59,647 bases of DNA from Actinomycetes bacterium (GTDB taxonomy: Bacteria; Actinomycetota; Actinomycetes; Prado026), in assembly GCA_036510875.1 (NCBI GenBank), contig DATCDE010000111.1:1-59647 (forward strand), given 5' to 3'. Positions 9,483 through 24,817 of the stretch are shown piece by piece (within the stretch, counting starts at the first letter, position 1; every line of letters begins with the position of its first letter). A program made the position numbers and the translations under genes. The notes beneath the pieces are model-generated. The model ran no database searches. It was not told where the DNA came from and worked only from the letters and a program-made list of their open reading frames with translations.

Positions 9483-9553
9483 TGCGCTCCTCGCTGGCGG
9501 ACTCCGCTCCCGGCGTCCGGGGGGCGGGCGTACAACCGATATCGTGCCTCACC

Positions 9554-10210
9554 GTGGCGCAACCCTCGGACCAGGCCGCGGTGGTCACGGTACGACCGGC
9601 CCGCAGTCCCGGGCGGGTCGTCGTCCTGGTCTCGGGCACCGGCACCAACCTGCAGGCCCTGCTCGACGCCTGCGCCGATCCCGCCTACGGGGCGGTGATC
9701 GTGGCGGTCGGTGCCGACCGTCCGGGCATCACCGCCCTGACCAGGGCCGAGCAGGCCCGCGTGCCGACGTTCGTCGTGGCCGTGTCCGACTTCGCGGACC
9801 GGGCCGCCTGGGACGCCGCGCTGGCCGCCGTCGTCGACGAGCACGAGCCGGACCTGGTGGTCTCGGCCGGCTTCATGAAGCTGGTCGGGCCGGCGTTCCT
9901 CGCCCGGTACGGCGACCGCTTCGTCAACACCCACCCGGCCCTGCTGCCGGCGTTCCCCGGCATGCACGGGGCGCGGGACGCGCTGGCCTACGGGGTGAAG
10001 GTCACCGGGTGCACGCTGTTCATGGTCGACGAGGGCGTCGACTCCGGGCCGGTGGTCGCGCAGGCCGCCGTCGAGGTCCTGGACGACGACGACGAGGCGG
10101 CCCTGCACGAGCGCATCAAGGAGCAGGAGCGGCGGCTCCTCGTCGACACCGTGGGCCGGATGGCTCGCGAGGGCTGGTCCATCCGCGGCAGGAAGGTCAC
10201 GATCCCGTGA
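9554..10210 (+). CDS. purN: Phosphoribosylglycinamide formyltransferase
   Basis: [18 protein letters not shown]...[11 protein letters not shown]...[12 protein letters not shown]...[21 protein letters not shown]. The start (GTG 9554) could be a few codons later. Confidence 0.93.
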   Translation: MAQPSDQAAVVTVRPARSPGRVVVLVSGTGTNLQALLDACADPAYGAVIVAVGADRPGITALTRAEQARVPTFVVAVSDFADRAAWDAALAAVVDEHEPDLVVSAGFMKLVGPAFLARYGDRFVNTHPALLPAFPGMHGARDALAYGVKVTGCTLFMVDEGVDSGPVVAQAAVEVLDDDDEAALHERIKEQERRLLVDTVGRMAREGWSIRGRKVTIP

Positions 10211-11790
10211 GCGACACCCACCCCGACAGCGACCGTCGTCCCGTCCGTCGGGCCCTGGTCAGCGTCTACGACAAGACCGGGCTGGCCGAGCTGGCCCAAG
10301 GGCTGCACGCCGCCGGCGTCGAACTCGTGTCGACCGGGACGACCGCAGCCACCATCGCCGGTCTGGGCATCCCGGTGACCCAGGTCGCCGAGCTCACCGG
10401 ATTCCCCGAGTGCCTCGACGGCCGGGTGAAGACCCTGCACCCGCGGGTCCACGCCGGGGTCCTCGCCGACGTGCGCCGGGCCGAGCACCGCGAGCAGCTC
10501 GCCGACCTGGACATCCCGGCGTTCGAGCTCGTGGTCGTCAACCTCTACCCGTTCGCCGACACGGTGCACTCGGGGGCCAGCCAGGACGAGTGCGTCGAGC
10601 AGATCGACATCGGCGGCCCGACCATGGCGCGGGCCGCTGCGAAGAACCACGCCAACGTGGCCGTGGTGGTCTCGCCGGCGCGGTACGCCGAGGTCCGAGA
10701 CGCCGTGGCCTCCGGAGGCTTCACGCTGGCCCAGCGCCGGGCGCTGGCCACCGATGCGTTCGTGCACACCGCCTCCTACGACATCGCGGTGGCCTCCTGG
10801 ATGGGCAGCGTGGTCGCCCCCTCGGACGAGGGATCCGGGTTCCCGGCCTGGGTCGGAGCCGACTGGGACCGGGCCGCCGTGCTGCGCTACGGGGAGAACC
10901 CGCACCAGCCGGCTGCGCTGTACCGCGCCCGGCACGGTGCACCCGGCCTGGCCCAGGCCGAGCAGCTGCACGGCAAGGAGATGTCCTACAACAACTACGT
11001 GGACGCCGACGCCGCCAGGCGGGCCGCCTACGACTTCGCCGACCCGACGGTCGCGATCATCAAGCACGCCAACCCGTGCGGCATCGCGCTGGGCACCGAC
11101 GTCGCCGACGCCTACGCCAAGGCCTTCGCGTGCGACCCGGTCTCCGCGTTCGGCGGGGTGGTGGCCGCCAACCGCCCGGTGACCCGCGCCATGGCCGAGG
11201 CGATGGCCGACGTGTTCACCGAAGTGGTCGTGGCGCCGGGCTTCGAGCCCGCGGCGCTCGAGCTGCTCACCGTGAAGAAGAACGTCCGGCTGCTGCGCTG
11301 CGACGGCCCGCACCCCGGGAAGACCGCGGAGTGGCGCCAGGTCAGCGGCGGCCTGCTCATGCAGGTCCGCGACACCATCGACGCCGACGGCGACGACCCC
11401 GCGACCTGGACGCTGGCGGCCGGGGCGCCGGCCGACCCGGCCACCCTCGCCGACCTGGAGTTCGCGTGGCGGTCCTGCCGCTCGGCGAAGTCCAACGCGA
11501 TCGTGCTGGCCAGCGACGGGGCCACCGTCGGGGTCGGCATGGGCCAGGTCAACCGGGTCGACTCCGCGCGGCTGGCCGTGGAGCGGGCCGGCGAGGAGCG
11601 GGCGCGCGGCTCGGTGGCGGCGTCCGACGCGTTCTTCCCGTTCCCGGACGGCCTCGAGGTGCTCACGGCCGCGGGTGTTCGGGCCGTGGTCCAGCCCGGG
11701 GGCTCGGTGCGCGACGAGGAGGTCGTCTACGCGGCCACGGCGGCCGGGATCACCCTGTACCTCACCGGCGTGCGGCACTTCTTCCACTGA
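10207..11790 (+). CDS. purH: Bifunctional AICAR formyltransferase / IMP cyclohydrolase
   Basis: GTG 10207 overlaps the purN stop (GTGA). [34 protein letters not shown]...[15 protein letters not shown]...YGENPHQ...GGSVRDEEV...GVRHFFH. Confidence 0.96.
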   Translation: MSDTHPDSDRRPVRRALVSVYDKTGLAELAQGLHAAGVELVSTGTTAATIAGLGIPVTQVAELTGFPECLDGRVKTLHPRVHAGVLADVRRAEHREQLADLDIPAFELVVVNLYPFADTVHSGASQDECVEQIDIGGPTMARAAAKNHANVAVVVSPARYAEVRDAVASGGFTLAQRRALATDAFVHTASYDIAVASWMGSVVAPSDEGSGFPAWVGADWDRAAVLRYGENPHQPAALYRARHGAPGLAQAEQLHGKEMSYNNYVDADAARRAAYDFADPTVAIIKHANPCGIALGTDVADAYAKAFACDPVSAFGGVVAANRPVTRAMAEAMADVFTEVVVAPGFEPAALELLTVKKNVRLLRCDGPHPGKTAEWRQVSGGLLMQVRDTIDADGDDPATWTLAAGAPADPATLADLEFAWRSCRSAKSNAIVLASDGATVGVGMGQVNRVDSARLAVERAGEERARGSVAASDAFFPFPDGLEVLTAAGVRAVVQPGGSVRDEEVVYAATAAGITLYLTGVRHFFH

Positions 11791-11795
11791 CCACC

Positions 11796-12392
11796 ATGGA
11801 CTGGGTCGACGGCGCCGACCTCTCCGGCGCCGACCTGTACGCGGTCGAGCTGGACGGCGTCCACGTCAGCGGCCTGGACCTCTCCGACGCCGACCTGACC
11901 GAGGCGCGGCTGGTCGGCTGCGTGCTGGAGGACTGCGACCTGTCGGGGGCCCGGCTGAACGCGGCCGTGCTCGAGCGGACGGCGCTCCTGCGCTGCCGGT
12001 TCCGCCGCACCAACCTGTTCGACGTGCGGCTCGCGGGCTGCAAGCTCACCGGGTCGACCTTCGAGGGGGACTGCATCCTGCGGCCGCTCACCGTCGAGGG
12101 CGGCGACTGGTCCTACGTGTCGCTGCGCGGCCAGAACCTCGCCGGCGCGGTCCTGGACGGCGTCCGGCTGGCCGAGGCCGACCTGTCCGGCGCGGACCTT
12201 CGGGGCGCCAGCCTGCGCGGCTGCGACCTCGCGCACGCACGGGTGCACGAGGCGAAGGTGGCCGGAGCCGACCTGCGCGGCGCCGACCTCGAGGGAGTGG
12301 ACCTCGCCCCGCTCGACCTCACCGGCACCCGGCTGGACCTCGAGCAGGCCGTGCTTCTGGCGCGGGCCCGTGGTGCGATCGTCGGGCCGTGA
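11796..12392 (+). CDS. Pentapeptide-repeat protein (MfpA/Qnr-like size, 198 aa)
   Basis: Near-continuous A(D/N)LXX pentads: [53 protein letters not shown]...[46 protein letters not shown] lies 5 nt after the purH stop. Confidence 0.85.
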   Translation: MDWVDGADLSGADLYAVELDGVHVSGLDLSDADLTEARLVGCVLEDCDLSGARLNAAVLERTALLRCRFRRTNLFDVRLAGCKLTGSTFEGDCILRPLTVEGGDWSYVSLRGQNLAGAVLDGVRLAEADLSGADLRGASLRGCDLAHARVHEAKVAGADLRGADLEGVDLAPLDLTGTRLDLEQAVLLARARGAIVGP

Positions 12393-12405
12393 CAGAATCC
12401 AGGGC

Positions 12406-13275
12406 GTGAGCGCGACGATCCTCGACGGCAAGGCGACCGCGGCCGCCATCAAGGCCGAGCTGGCGACCCGGGTGGCGGTGCTGCGCGAGCGCGGCAGCAC
12501 CCCCGGCCTGGGCACCGTGCTGGTCGGTGACGACCCCGGTAGCCGCTCCTACGTGGCCGGCAAGCACCGCGACTGCGCGCAGGTGGGGCTGGCCAGCACC
12601 CGCCGCGACCTGCCGGCCGACGCCTCCCAGGCGCAGGTCGAGGACACCGTCGCCGAGCTGAACGCCGACCCGGCCATCACCGGCTACATCGTCCAGCTGC
12701 CGCTGCCCGCCGGCCTGGACTCCAACCGGGTTCTCGAGCTGATGGACCCGGCCAAGGACGCCGACGGCCTGCACCCGGTCAACCTCGGCCGGCTGGTGCT
12801 CGGCGTCCCGGCCGCGCTGCCGTGCACCCCGCGCGGCATCGTCGAGCTGCTGCGCCGCTACGACGTCCCGGTCGCCGGCGCCGAGGTGTGCGTCATCGGT
12901 CGCGGGGTGACCGTGGGCCGGCCGCTCGGGCTGCTGCTCACCCGGCGCAGCGAGAACGCCACGGTCACCTTGTGCCACACCGGGACCAAGCACCTGGCCA
13001 AGCACGTGCGCGAGGCCGACATCGTGGTCGCCGCCGCCGGCGTCCCCCGGCTGATCACCCCGGACATGGTCCACCCCGGCGCCGCCGTCCTGGACGTCGG
13101 CATCTCCCGTACCCCGGACGGGCTCGTGGGCGACGTCCACCCGGCGGTCGCGGAGGTCGCCGCGTTCCTCGCTCCGATGCCCGGGGGCGTGGGGCCGATG
13201 ACCAGGGCGATGCTGCTCACCAACGTCGTCGAGGCCGCCGAGGCCGCCGAGGCGGCCGCCGGCGTCCGCGGGTGA
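12406..13275 (+). CDS. folD: Bifunctional 5,10-methylene-THF dehydrogenase / methenyl-THF cyclohydrolase
   Basis: [19 protein letters not shown]...YVAGKHRDC...VQLPLP...NLG...[11 protein letters not shown]...[10 protein letters not shown]...[12 protein letters not shown] 12406 is preferred over GTG 12370, which overlaps the upstream gene. Confidence 0.94.
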   Translation: MSATILDGKATAAAIKAELATRVAVLRERGSTPGLGTVLVGDDPGSRSYVAGKHRDCAQVGLASTRRDLPADASQAQVEDTVAELNADPAITGYIVQLPLPAGLDSNRVLELMDPAKDADGLHPVNLGRLVLGVPAALPCTPRGIVELLRRYDVPVAGAEVCVIGRGVTVGRPLGLLLTRRSENATVTLCHTGTKHLAKHVREADIVVAAAGVPRLITPDMVHPGAAVLDVGISRTPDGLVGDVHPAVAEVAAFLAPMPGGVGPMTRAMLLTNVVEAAEAAEAAAGVRG

Positions 13276-13589
13276 CCTCGGCCGACCCCTCCGAAGCCGC
13301 GGGCCCACCGGCGCCGCGGGGCCTGCTCGCGCGGGAGTGGCCGATCATCGTGGTGCTGCTCGGCGTCCTCGCCGGGCTGGTCGTCGTCGCCGTGCTGGAC
13401 CGGTTCCGCCGCGGCAGCCTGGTGATCGCCGCCTTCGTCGTGCTCGGCGCCTGGCTGCGCGCCCTGCTGCCACCGGAGCGGGCCGGGGTGCTCGTCGTCC
13501 GGGGGAGGGCCGTGGACGTCGCCACCTTGCTGACCCTCGGGGTGGGCCTCACGGTGCTGGCCCTGGTGGTCCCCGCGCCCCCCCGGTAG
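13272..13589 (+). CDS. Small membrane protein (DUF3017-like), coupled to folD
   Basis: GTG 13272 overlaps the folD TGA (GTGA). Hydrophobic segments [32 protein letters not shown] and [15 protein letters not shown]. Confidence 0.6.
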   Translation: MTSADPSEAAGPPAPRGLLAREWPIIVVLLGVLAGLVVVAVLDRFRRGSLVIAAFVVLGAWLRALLPPERAGVLVVRGRAVDVATLLTLGVGLTVLALVVPAPPR

Positions 13590-13687
13590 GCGCCGGCGCG
13601 GGCATTCGGTAGCCTGCGAACGACAGAAGTGTCTTGATGCCGAGATATCGCCGCAGCGGTTGACCGAGCGGTCGGGGAGTGTGCGAG

Positions 13688-14647
13688 ATGGCTGAGCGCA
13701 AGGGCAAGGTCACGGTCGTCGGGGCGGGGTTCTACGGGTCGACCACGGCCCAGCGGCTCGCCGAGTACGACATCTTCGACACGGTGGTCCTCACCGACAT
13801 CGTGGAGGGCAAGCCCGAGGGGCTTGCGCTCGACATGAACCAGTCCCGGCCGATCGAGGGCTTCGAGACCAAGATCGTCGGCCAGACGACGACTCCGGAC
13901 GGCGGCGGCTACGAGGCCATCGCGGGCTCGGACATCGTCGTGGTCACCGCGGGGCTGCCCCGCAAGCCCGGCATGAGCCGGATGGACCTCATCGAGACCA
14001 ACGCCAAGATCGTGCGCGGGGTCGCCGAGAACATCGCCCAGCACGCGCCGGACGCCGTGATCATCGTGGTCTCCAACCCGCTGGACGAGATGACCGCGCT
14101 GACCCAGCTCGCCTCGGGCTTCCCCAAGCACCGGGTGATCGGCCAGGCCGGCATGCTCGACACGGCCCGGTTCACCTACTTCGTGGCAGAGACGCTCGCG
14201 GTGCCGGTCGGCTCGGTGCGGACCCTCACCCTCGGCTCGCACGGCGACACCATGGTCCCGGTGCCGTCCCGGTGCACCGTCGACGGGCGGCCGCTCACGG
14301 AGCTGCTGCCGGCCGACACGATCGACGAGCTGGTCACCCGGACCCGCAACGGCGGTGCCGAGGTCGTCGCGCTGCTCAAGACCGGCTCGGCGTACTACGC
14401 CCCGTCGGCCGCGGCCGCGCGGATGGCCAAGGCCGTGGCCGAGGACTCCGGCGCGGTCATGCCGGTCTGCGCCTGGGTCGACGGCGAGTACGGCATCGCC
14501 GGCGTGTACCTCGGCGTGGAGGCCGAGATCGGCCGGCAGGGCGTCCGCCGGGTCGTCGAGGCGGACCTCACCGACACCGAGAAGGCCGGGCTGCTGGCGG
14601 CCGCGGAAGCGGTGCGCGCCAAGCAGTCCGACGTCCAGCACCTCTGA
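13688..14647 (+). CDS. mdh: Malate dehydrogenase (LDH-like family)
   Basis: KVTVVGAGFYGSTTA (Rossmann)...VVTAGLPRKPGMSRMDL...NPLD...GSHGDTMVP. ATG 13688; GTG 13679 is an alternative start. Confidence 0.93.
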   Translation: MAERKGKVTVVGAGFYGSTTAQRLAEYDIFDTVVLTDIVEGKPEGLALDMNQSRPIEGFETKIVGQTTTPDGGGYEAIAGSDIVVVTAGLPRKPGMSRMDLIETNAKIVRGVAENIAQHAPDAVIIVVSNPLDEMTALTQLASGFPKHRVIGQAGMLDTARFTYFVAETLAVPVGSVRTLTLGSHGDTMVPVPSRCTVDGRPLTELLPADTIDELVTRTRNGGAEVVALLKTGSAYYAPSAAAARMAKAVAEDSGAVMPVCAWVDGEYGIAGVYLGVEAEIGRQGVRRVVEADLTDTEKAGLLAAAEAVRAKQSDVQHL

Positions 14648-14662
14648 CAGGAGCGAGCACCG

Positions 14663-15880
14663 ATGGAGAAGATCAAGGTCGAGGGCGTCGTCGTCGAGCT
14701 CGACGGCGACGAGATGACCCGCATCATCTGGCAGTTCATCAAGGATCAGCTGATCCTTCCGTACCTCGACGTCCAGCTGGACTACTACGACCTGGGCATC
14801 GAGCACCGGGACGCCACGGACGACCAGGTGACCATCGACGCGGCGCACGCCATCCAGCGGCACGGCGTCGGCGTCAAGTGCGCCACCATCACCCCCGACG
14901 AGGCGCGGGTCGAGGAGTTCGGACTGAAGAAGATGTGGAAGTCCCCGAACGGGACCGTCCGCAACATCCTCGGCGGTGTGATCTTCCGCGAGCCGATCAT
15001 GATCAGCAACATCCCGCGGCTGGTGCCCGGCTGGACCAAGCCGATCGTGGTGGGCCGTCACGCGTTCGGCGACCAGTACCGCGCCACCGACACGCTGATC
15101 CCCGGCGAGGGCAAGCTGACCCTGGTCTTCACGCCGAAGGACGGCTCGGCGCCCATGGAGCTCGAGGTCTTCGACTTCCCGTCGCCGGGTATCGCCATGG
15201 CGATGTACAACCTGGACGACTCGATCCGTGACTTCGCGCGCGCCTCGATGCGGTACGGGCTGGCCCGCAACTACCCGGTGTACCTGTCCACCAAGAACAC
15301 GATCCTCAAGGCGTACGACGGCCGGTTCAAGGACCTGTTCGCCGAGGTCTTCGAGACCGAGTTCAAGGACGACTTCGCCAAGGCCGGGATCACCTACGAG
15401 CACCGGCTGATCGACGACATGGTCGCGGCCGCGCTCAAGTGGGAGGGCGGCTACGTCTGGGCCACCAAGAACTACGACGGCGACGTGCAGTCCGACACCA
15501 TCGCCCAGGGCTACGGCTCGCTCGGCCTGATGACCTCGGTGCTCATGACGCCGGACGGCAAGACGGTCGAGGCCGAGGCGGCCCACGGCACGGTGACCAG
15601 GCACTACCGCCAGCACCAGCAGGGCAAGCCGACGTCGACGAACCCGATCGCGTCGATCTTCGCCTGGACCCGCGGTCTGGCCCACCGCGGCAAGCTGGAC
15701 GGCACGCCGGCCGTGACGGACTTCGCGGAGACGCTCGAGCGGGTCTGCGTGGAGACCGTGGAGTCCGGCAAGATGACCAAGGACCTGGCCCTGCTCATCG
15801 GGCCGGATCAGCCCTGGCTCACCACCCAGGAGTTCCTGGCCGCGCTCGACGAGAACCTCCAGGCGGCGATGGCCCACTGA
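14663..15880 (+). CDS. icd: NADP-dependent isocitrate dehydrogenase (eukaryote-like dimeric type, ICD1-like)
   Basis: [36 protein letters not shown]...KCATITPDE...[14 protein letters not shown]...NYDGDVQSD...HGTVTRHYR. Confidence 0.96.
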   Translation: MEKIKVEGVVVELDGDEMTRIIWQFIKDQLILPYLDVQLDYYDLGIEHRDATDDQVTIDAAHAIQRHGVGVKCATITPDEARVEEFGLKKMWKSPNGTVRNILGGVIFREPIMISNIPRLVPGWTKPIVVGRHAFGDQYRATDTLIPGEGKLTLVFTPKDGSAPMELEVFDFPSPGIAMAMYNLDDSIRDFARASMRYGLARNYPVYLSTKNTILKAYDGRFKDLFAEVFETEFKDDFAKAGITYEHRLIDDMVAAALKWEGGYVWATKNYDGDVQSDTIAQGYGSLGLMTSVLMTPDGKTVEAEAAHGTVTRHYRQHQQGKPTSTNPIASIFAWTRGLAHRGKLDGTPAVTDFAETLERVCVETVESGKMTKDLALLIGPDQPWLTTQEFLAALDENLQAAMAH

Positions 15881-15891
15881 CCTCTGGGCAG

Positions 15892-20191
<4,300 letters not shown>

Positions 20192-20209
20192 CCCGGCGCT
20201 GGGGGCCCC

Positions 20210-21220
20210 ATGACCGAGCCGGTCCGAGCCGAGAAGGGGATCCTCGGCTGGGCCTTCCGCCGGGCCGCCCTGGTGCGCGACCGCAGCCCGGCGGCCGACC
20301 ACCTGTGGCGGGCGCTGCAGCGGTTCGCCGACGTCCAGGGCTCTCTGCTCGCGGCGGGCATCACCTACTACGGGTTCCTCGCGCTGTTCCCGCTGGCCGC
20401 GGTCGCCTATGGCGTGCTGTCGGTGCTGGTGCTGCTCCTGCCCGCGCTGGAGTCCGGGGTCAAGGATCTCCTGCCGCCGGAGCTGGCCGGGACGATCGAC
20501 CTGTCCCAGCTGGCGTCCGCGGGGGTCACGGCCGGCCTCGTCGGCCTGGGCGTGATGCTCTATGCCGGCGTGCGGCTGGTGGCCGCGCTGCGGCGGGCCC
20601 TCACCCTGGTGTTCGGCGGCAGCCCCCGCGAGGTGCCGTTCGTCCGCGGGCTGGTCCGTGACCTGCTCACGCTGGTGGCGCTGGGGCTGTGCCTGCTGGC
20701 CGCGGTGGCTGCGACGGCGCTCACCACGGTGGTGGGATCGTTCATCGACCGGCTGCTGGGGCCGGACACGATGCTGGACGTGTGGCTGGTCCGGCTGCTG
20801 GCGCTGCTCGTCTCGCTGGTGACCCTGTGGGCGATGTTCACGGCGATCTACGGGCTGCTGCCGTCGCCCCGCCCCGGCCGTCGGGTCGCTGTGCGTGGGG
20901 CGCTGCTCGGGGCGGTCGGCGGCCAGGTCATCACCCAGGTCGGGGCCGTGCTCATCGCGTCGGCGTCCCGCAACGTCGTCTACGGCACGTTCGCGATCAC
21001 GGTGGGGCTGCTCGCCTGGATCGCCTACGCCTCGCGCTGGGTGCTGCTCGCCGGTTCGTGGACGGCGACGGCCGATCGGTCAGTACCGCCGGAGGGGAGA
21101 GCGGGACCGGGCGTAGCGACGGCGCAGGATCCGGCGGTGGACCGCGGCGTAGCCGACCAGCCCCAGGCCCGCGAGCAGGACGACGGCGCCGGCCCGGCTC
21201 GCCCACGAGCCGACGGATGA
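20210..21220 (+). CDS. YihY/BrkB family integral membrane protein
   Basis: LQRFADVQGSLLAAGITYYGFLALFPL..., six hydrophobic segments, ...YASRWVLLAGSW. The C-terminal approx. 45 aa are low complexity and overlap the convergent gene. Confidence 0.8.
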   Translation: MTEPVRAEKGILGWAFRRAALVRDRSPAADHLWRALQRFADVQGSLLAAGITYYGFLALFPLAAVAYGVLSVLVLLLPALESGVKDLLPPELAGTIDLSQLASAGVTAGLVGLGVMLYAGVRLVAALRRALTLVFGGSPREVPFVRGLVRDLLTLVALGLCLLAAVAATALTTVVGSFIDRLLGPDTMLDVWLVRLLALLVSLVTLWAMFTAIYGLLPSPRPGRRVAVRGALLGAVGGQVITQVGAVLIASASRNVVYGTFAITVGLLAWIAYASRWVLLAGSWTATADRSVPPEGRAGPGVATAQDPAVDRGVADQPQAREQDDGAGPARPRADG

Positions 21221-22237
21221 GCCGGAGCGCGGCGGGTTGATCCCCGCGGTGACCGCGTTGGCCGTCCGGCGCGGTGTGGCCGCCGAGCTGCTGGTGAGCG
21301 GGTCCACCAGCCGGCCCACGCCCGGGGTGCTCAGGTGGGCGAACCCCCAGTCCAGCAGCGCCTTCGCGGCCGGCTCGGTGAGCCCGGCCGGCTGGATGAC
21401 GCTGACGATGAGCAGGTGCCCGTTGCGCTCGGCCGCGCCCACGAAGGTGCGCCCGGCCAGGGTGGTGTACCCGGTCTTCACCCCGACCGCGCCCGGGTAG
21501 CCGTCCTGCAGCAGCCGGTTCTGGTTGTAGATCTTGAAGGTGCCCCGCGCGGCCCCGGGGGTCTTCGGCATGACCCCCGGGAAGTCGGCGACCTTCCGCG
21601 AGACGTAGGACCGGAAGTCGGACCGCTGCAAGCCGGCCCGGGCGATCAGCACCAAGTCGTACGCCGAGGTGAGCTGGCCGTCGGCGTCCAGGCCGCTGGG
21701 GTTCACCGCGTGGGTGTCGTCGGCCTGCAGCCTGCGGGCCGTCTCGTTCATCATGGCCACCGTCGTGGGCACGCCACCCGCGACCTCGGCCAGGGCGTGC
21801 GCCCCGTCGTTGCCGGACGGCAGCAGCATCGCGTCGAACAGCTGGTCGACGGTGTAGGTGCCCCCCGGGACGATCCCAGCCTTGCTGCCCTCGGCGGCCG
21901 CGTCGTCGTACACCGCGGTGTAGACGGTGGCCGGGTCGAGCAGCGGCAGCAGGGTGACCGCGGTGAGCGTCTTCAGCGTGCTCGCGGGCCGGAACCGCCC
22001 GTGGGCGTCTTGCGCCGCGAGCACGGTTCCGGTCGTGGCGTCGACCAGCACGAACGCCTTGGCCTTGATGTTGGGCGGGGCGGCGGTGCCGGGTGCGACG
22101 ACCAGCCCGGCGCTGCCGAGCAGCGGGCCGCCCAGGGGCCCGGTCGCGACGTCGGCCGCCTGCGCCGCGGCCGGCAGACCCAGCAGCGCGGCCAGGCCCA
22201 GGAGGGTGGCCGCGAGTCGGTGGGAGAGGCGCCGCAT
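21080..22237 (-). CDS. D-alanyl-D-alanine carboxypeptidase (peptidase S11, DacB-like) with C-terminal membrane anchor
   Basis: ATG 22237: MRRLSHRLAATLLGLAALLGLPAAAQA (signal), RPASTLKTLTA (SxxK), LLPSGND (SxN), VKTGYT (KTG). C-terminal TM segment AVVLLAGLGLVGYAAV. Confidence 0.9.
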   Translation of the reverse strand: MRRLSHRLAATLLGLAALLGLPAAAQAADVATGPLGGPLLGSAGLVVAPGTAAPPNIKAKAFVLVDATTGTVLAAQDAHGRFRPASTLKTLTAVTLLPLLDPATVYTAVYDDAAAEGSKAGIVPGGTYTVDQLFDAMLLPSGNDGAHALAEVAGGVPTTVAMMNETARRLQADDTHAVNPSGLDADGQLTSAYDLVLIARAGLQRSDFRSYVSRKVADFPGVMPKTPGAARGTFKIYNQNRLLQDGYPGAVGVKTGYTTLAGRTFVGAAERNGHLLIVSVIQPAGLTEPAAKALLDWGFAHLSTPGVGRLVDPLTSSSAATPRRTANAVTAGINPPRSGSSVGSWASRAGAVVLLAGLGLVGYAAVHRRILRRRYARSRSPLRRY

Positions 22238-22272
22238 GGTGGCGCCCAGGGTACCTGGGGGCTCCCCGCTCG

Positions 22273-23067
22273 TCAGATCCGACGGAACAGCAGGGCCCGC
22301 TTGACCTCCTGGATCGCCTGGGTCACCTGGATCCCGCGCGGGCACGCGTCGGTGCAGTTGAACGTCGTCCGACAGCGCCAGACCCCCTCGCGGTCGTTGA
22401 GGATCTGCAGCCGCTCCTCTGCGCCCTCGTCCCGACTGTCGAAGATGAACCGGTGCGCGCTGACGATCGCGGCCGGTCCGAAGTACTGCGCGTCGTTCCA
22501 GAACACCGGGCAGGACGTCGTGCAGGCGGCGCACAGGATGCACTTGGTGGTGTCGTCGAAGATCGCGCGGTCGGCCTGGGACTGCCGACGCTCCCGGGTG
22601 GGCTCCTGGCCGTGGGTGATGAGGAACGGCTTGACGTCGCGGTACGCCGCGAAGAACGGCTCCATGTCGACGACGAGGTCCTTCTCCAGGGCCAGGCCCT
22701 TGATCGCCTCGATGGTGATCTCGTGCTCGGGGCTGAGGTCGCGGATCAGCGTCTTGCAGGCCAGCCGGTTGCGCCCGTTGATGCGCATGGCGTCGGAGCC
22801 GCAGATGCCGTGGGCACAGGACCGTCGGAAGGTGAGGGTGCCGTCGATCTCCCACTTGACCTGGTGCAGTGCGTCCAGCAGCCGGTCGGTCGGGAGGCAG
22901 TCGATCTCGTACAGCTCCCAGTGCGGCTCGGGGTCGGTCTCCGGGTTGTACCGGCGGATCTTCAGCCGCACCGGGATCCGGCCGGGGGTCGGCTGCGCCG
23001 CCGGCGGCGCCTGGGGCTGGGGCTGGGCGCCGGCGACCGGACCGCCTGACAGGGTGTCTGTGGACAT
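22273..23067 (-). CDS. sdhB: Succinate dehydrogenase iron-sulfur subunit
   Basis: Cys clusters: RRSCAHGICGSDAM, CILCAACTTSCP, CRTTFNCTDACPRG. Confidence 0.96.
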   Translation of the reverse strand: MSTDTLSGGPVAGAQPQPQAPPAAQPTPGRIPVRLKIRRYNPETDPEPHWELYEIDCLPTDRLLDALHQVKWEIDGTLTFRRSCAHGICGSDAMRINGRNRLACKTLIRDLSPEHEITIEAIKGLALEKDLVVDMEPFFAAYRDVKPFLITHGQEPTRERRQSQADRAIFDDTTKCILCAACTTSCPVFWNDAQYFGPAAIVSAHRFIFDSRDEGAEERLQILNDREGVWRCRTTFNCTDACPRGIQVTQAIQEVKRALLFRRI

Positions 23068-24809
23068 CAGTACTTGCGCTCCATCGGCTGGTAGCGGGTC
23101 ACGGCCACCGGCTTGTAGTCCAGCCGGATCTCGGTGTGGCCCTCGGCATCGGCACCCCGGTAGGCCATGGTGTGCCGCATGAAGTTGACGTCGTCCCGGG
23201 TCGGGTAGTCCTCGCGGAAGTGACCGCCGCGGGACTCGGTCCGGGCCAGCGCGCCGACGACCAGCACCTCGGCCAGGTCGAGCAGGAAGCCGAGCTCGAC
23301 GGCCTCGAGCAGGTCGGTGTTGTACCGCTTGCCCTTGTCCTGCACGGTGACCCGCTGGTAGCGATCCTTCAGCGCGGCGATGTCGGCGGCCGCCTGCTTC
23401 AAGGTCGCCTCGGTGCGGTACACGGATGCGTGGTCGTCCATCGTCTGCTGCAGCTCGGACCGGATCCGGCCCACCTTCTCGGAGCCCTCGCTGGAGGCCA
23501 GCCGCCCGAGCAGCGCCTCGACCTCGCTGGCCGGGTTCTCCGGCAGGTCGACGAACGAGGCCCCGGTCGCGTACTCGGCCGCCGCGATGCCGGCCCGGCG
23601 GCCGAACACGTTGATGTCCAGCAGCGAGTTGGTGCCCAGCCGGTTGGCGCCGTGGACGGAGACGCAGGCGACCTCGCCGGCCGCGTACAGCCCCGGCACG
23701 ACGTCGGTGTTGTCCCGGAGCACCTCGGCGTTGATGTTCGTCGGGATGCCGCCCATGGCGTAGTGAGCGGTCGGGTAGATCGGCACCGGCTCGGTGTAGG
23801 GCTCGATGCCCAGGTAGGTGCGGGAGAACTCGGTGATGTCCGGCAGCTTGGCGTCCAGCTGCTCGCGGGGCAGGTGGGTCAGGTCGAGCAGCACGTAGTC
23901 CTTGTGCGGGCCGGCGCCGCGGCCCTGCCGGACCTCGGTGTAGATGGCCCGGGAGACCATGTCGCGCGGGGCGAGGTCCTTGATGGTGGGGGCGTAGCGC
24001 TCCATGAACCGCTCGCCCTCGGAGTTGCGCAGGATGCCACCCTCGCCGCGGGCCCCCTCGGTGAGCAGGATGCCGAGTCCGGCCAAGCCGGTCGGGTGGA
24101 ACTGGTAGAACTCCATGTCCTCGAGCGGCAGCCCGCGCCGCCAGACGATGCCCATCCCGTCCCCGGTCAGGGTGTGCGCGTTGGACGTCGTCTTGAACAC
24201 CTTGCCGAAGCCGCCGGTGGCGAAGACCACGGACTTGGCCGAGAACACGTGCAGCTCACCGGTGGCCAGCTCGTAGGCCACCACGCCGGCCGCGCGCCCG
24301 TCGGTCATCAGCAGGTCGAGGACGTAGAACTCGTTGTGGAACTCGACGCCCTGCTTCACGCAGTTCTGGAACAGCGTCTGCAGGATCATGTGCCCGGTGC
24401 GGTCGGCCGCGTAGCAGGCCCGCCGGACGGCGGCCTCGCCGTGGTTGCGGGTGTGCCCGCCGAACCGGCGCTGGTCGATGCGGCCCTCAGGGGTCCGGGA
24501 AAACGGCAGCCCCATCTTCTCCAGGTCGAGGACCGCGTCGATGGCCTCCCTGCACATCACCTCGGCGGCGTCCTGGTCGACCAGGTAGTCACCGCCCTTG
24601 ACCGTGTCGAAGGTGTGCCACTCCCAGTTGTCCTCCTCGACGTTGGCCAGCGCGGCGCACATGCCGCCCTGAGCCGCGCCGGTGTGGGACCGGGTCGGGT
24701 ACAGCTTGGTCAGCACCGCGGTGCGGGCCTGCTGGCCGGACTCGAGGGCCGCCCGCATGCCGGCCCCGCCGGCTCCGACGATGACGACGTCGTACGAATG
24801 GGTCTGCAT
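23067..24809 (-). CDS. sdhA: Succinate dehydrogenase flavoprotein subunit
   Basis: [27 protein letters not shown] (covalent FAD His), HPTG..., GANRLG. The stop overlaps the sdhB ATG by 1 nt. Confidence 0.97.
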   Translation of the reverse strand: MQTHSYDVVIVGAGGAGMRAALESGQQARTAVLTKLYPTRSHTGAAQGGMCAALANVEEDNWEWHTFDTVKGGDYLVDQDAAEVMCREAIDAVLDLEKMGLPFSRTPEGRIDQRRFGGHTRNHGEAAVRRACYAADRTGHMILQTLFQNCVKQGVEFHNEFYVLDLLMTDGRAAGVVAYELATGELHVFSAKSVVFATGGFGKVFKTTSNAHTLTGDGMGIVWRRGLPLEDMEFYQFHPTGLAGLGILLTEGARGEGGILRNSEGERFMERYAPTIKDLAPRDMVSRAIYTEVRQGRGAGPHKDYVLLDLTHLPREQLDAKLPDITEFSRTYLGIEPYTEPVPIYPTAHYAMGGIPTNINAEVLRDNTDVVPGLYAAGEVACVSVHGANRLGTNSLLDINVFGRRAGIAAAEYATGASFVDLPENPASEVEALLGRLASSEGSEKVGRIRSELQQTMDDHASVYRTEATLKQAAADIAALKDRYQRVTVQDKGKRYNTDLLEAVELGFLLDLAEVLVVGALARTESRGGHFREDYPTRDDVNFMRHTMAYRGADAEGHTEIRLDYKPVAVTRYQPMERKY

Positions 24810-24817
24810 GCGCGCCC

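Noticed and set aside
9483-9553. Possible ZTP (pfl) riboswitch upstream of purN, suggested by CGCTGGCGGAC and CCGGGGGGCG strings.
   Set aside because: The region is only about 70 nt. I could not find the conserved 3' module (CCGCCUGGGC-like pseudoknot partner) or the GGGUCGUGAC-type 5' stem. A covariance-model scan (Rfam RF01750) would settle it.
13217-15877. Very long antisense or alternative-frame ORFs. Examples: 13217-15877 (-) 886 aa, 5131-7119 (-), 6611-8770 (-), 9988-11787 (-), 39665-42187 (-), 39730-42363 (+), 50019-52097 (+), 52904-55330 (+), 56860-58566 (-), 27645-29021 (-).
   Set aside because: Each is fully overlapped by an ORF whose translation carries clear family motifs. Their own translations are R/G/P/A/H/D-rich low-complexity strings with no motifs. 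Such stop-free shadow frames are expected at about 70-75% GC.
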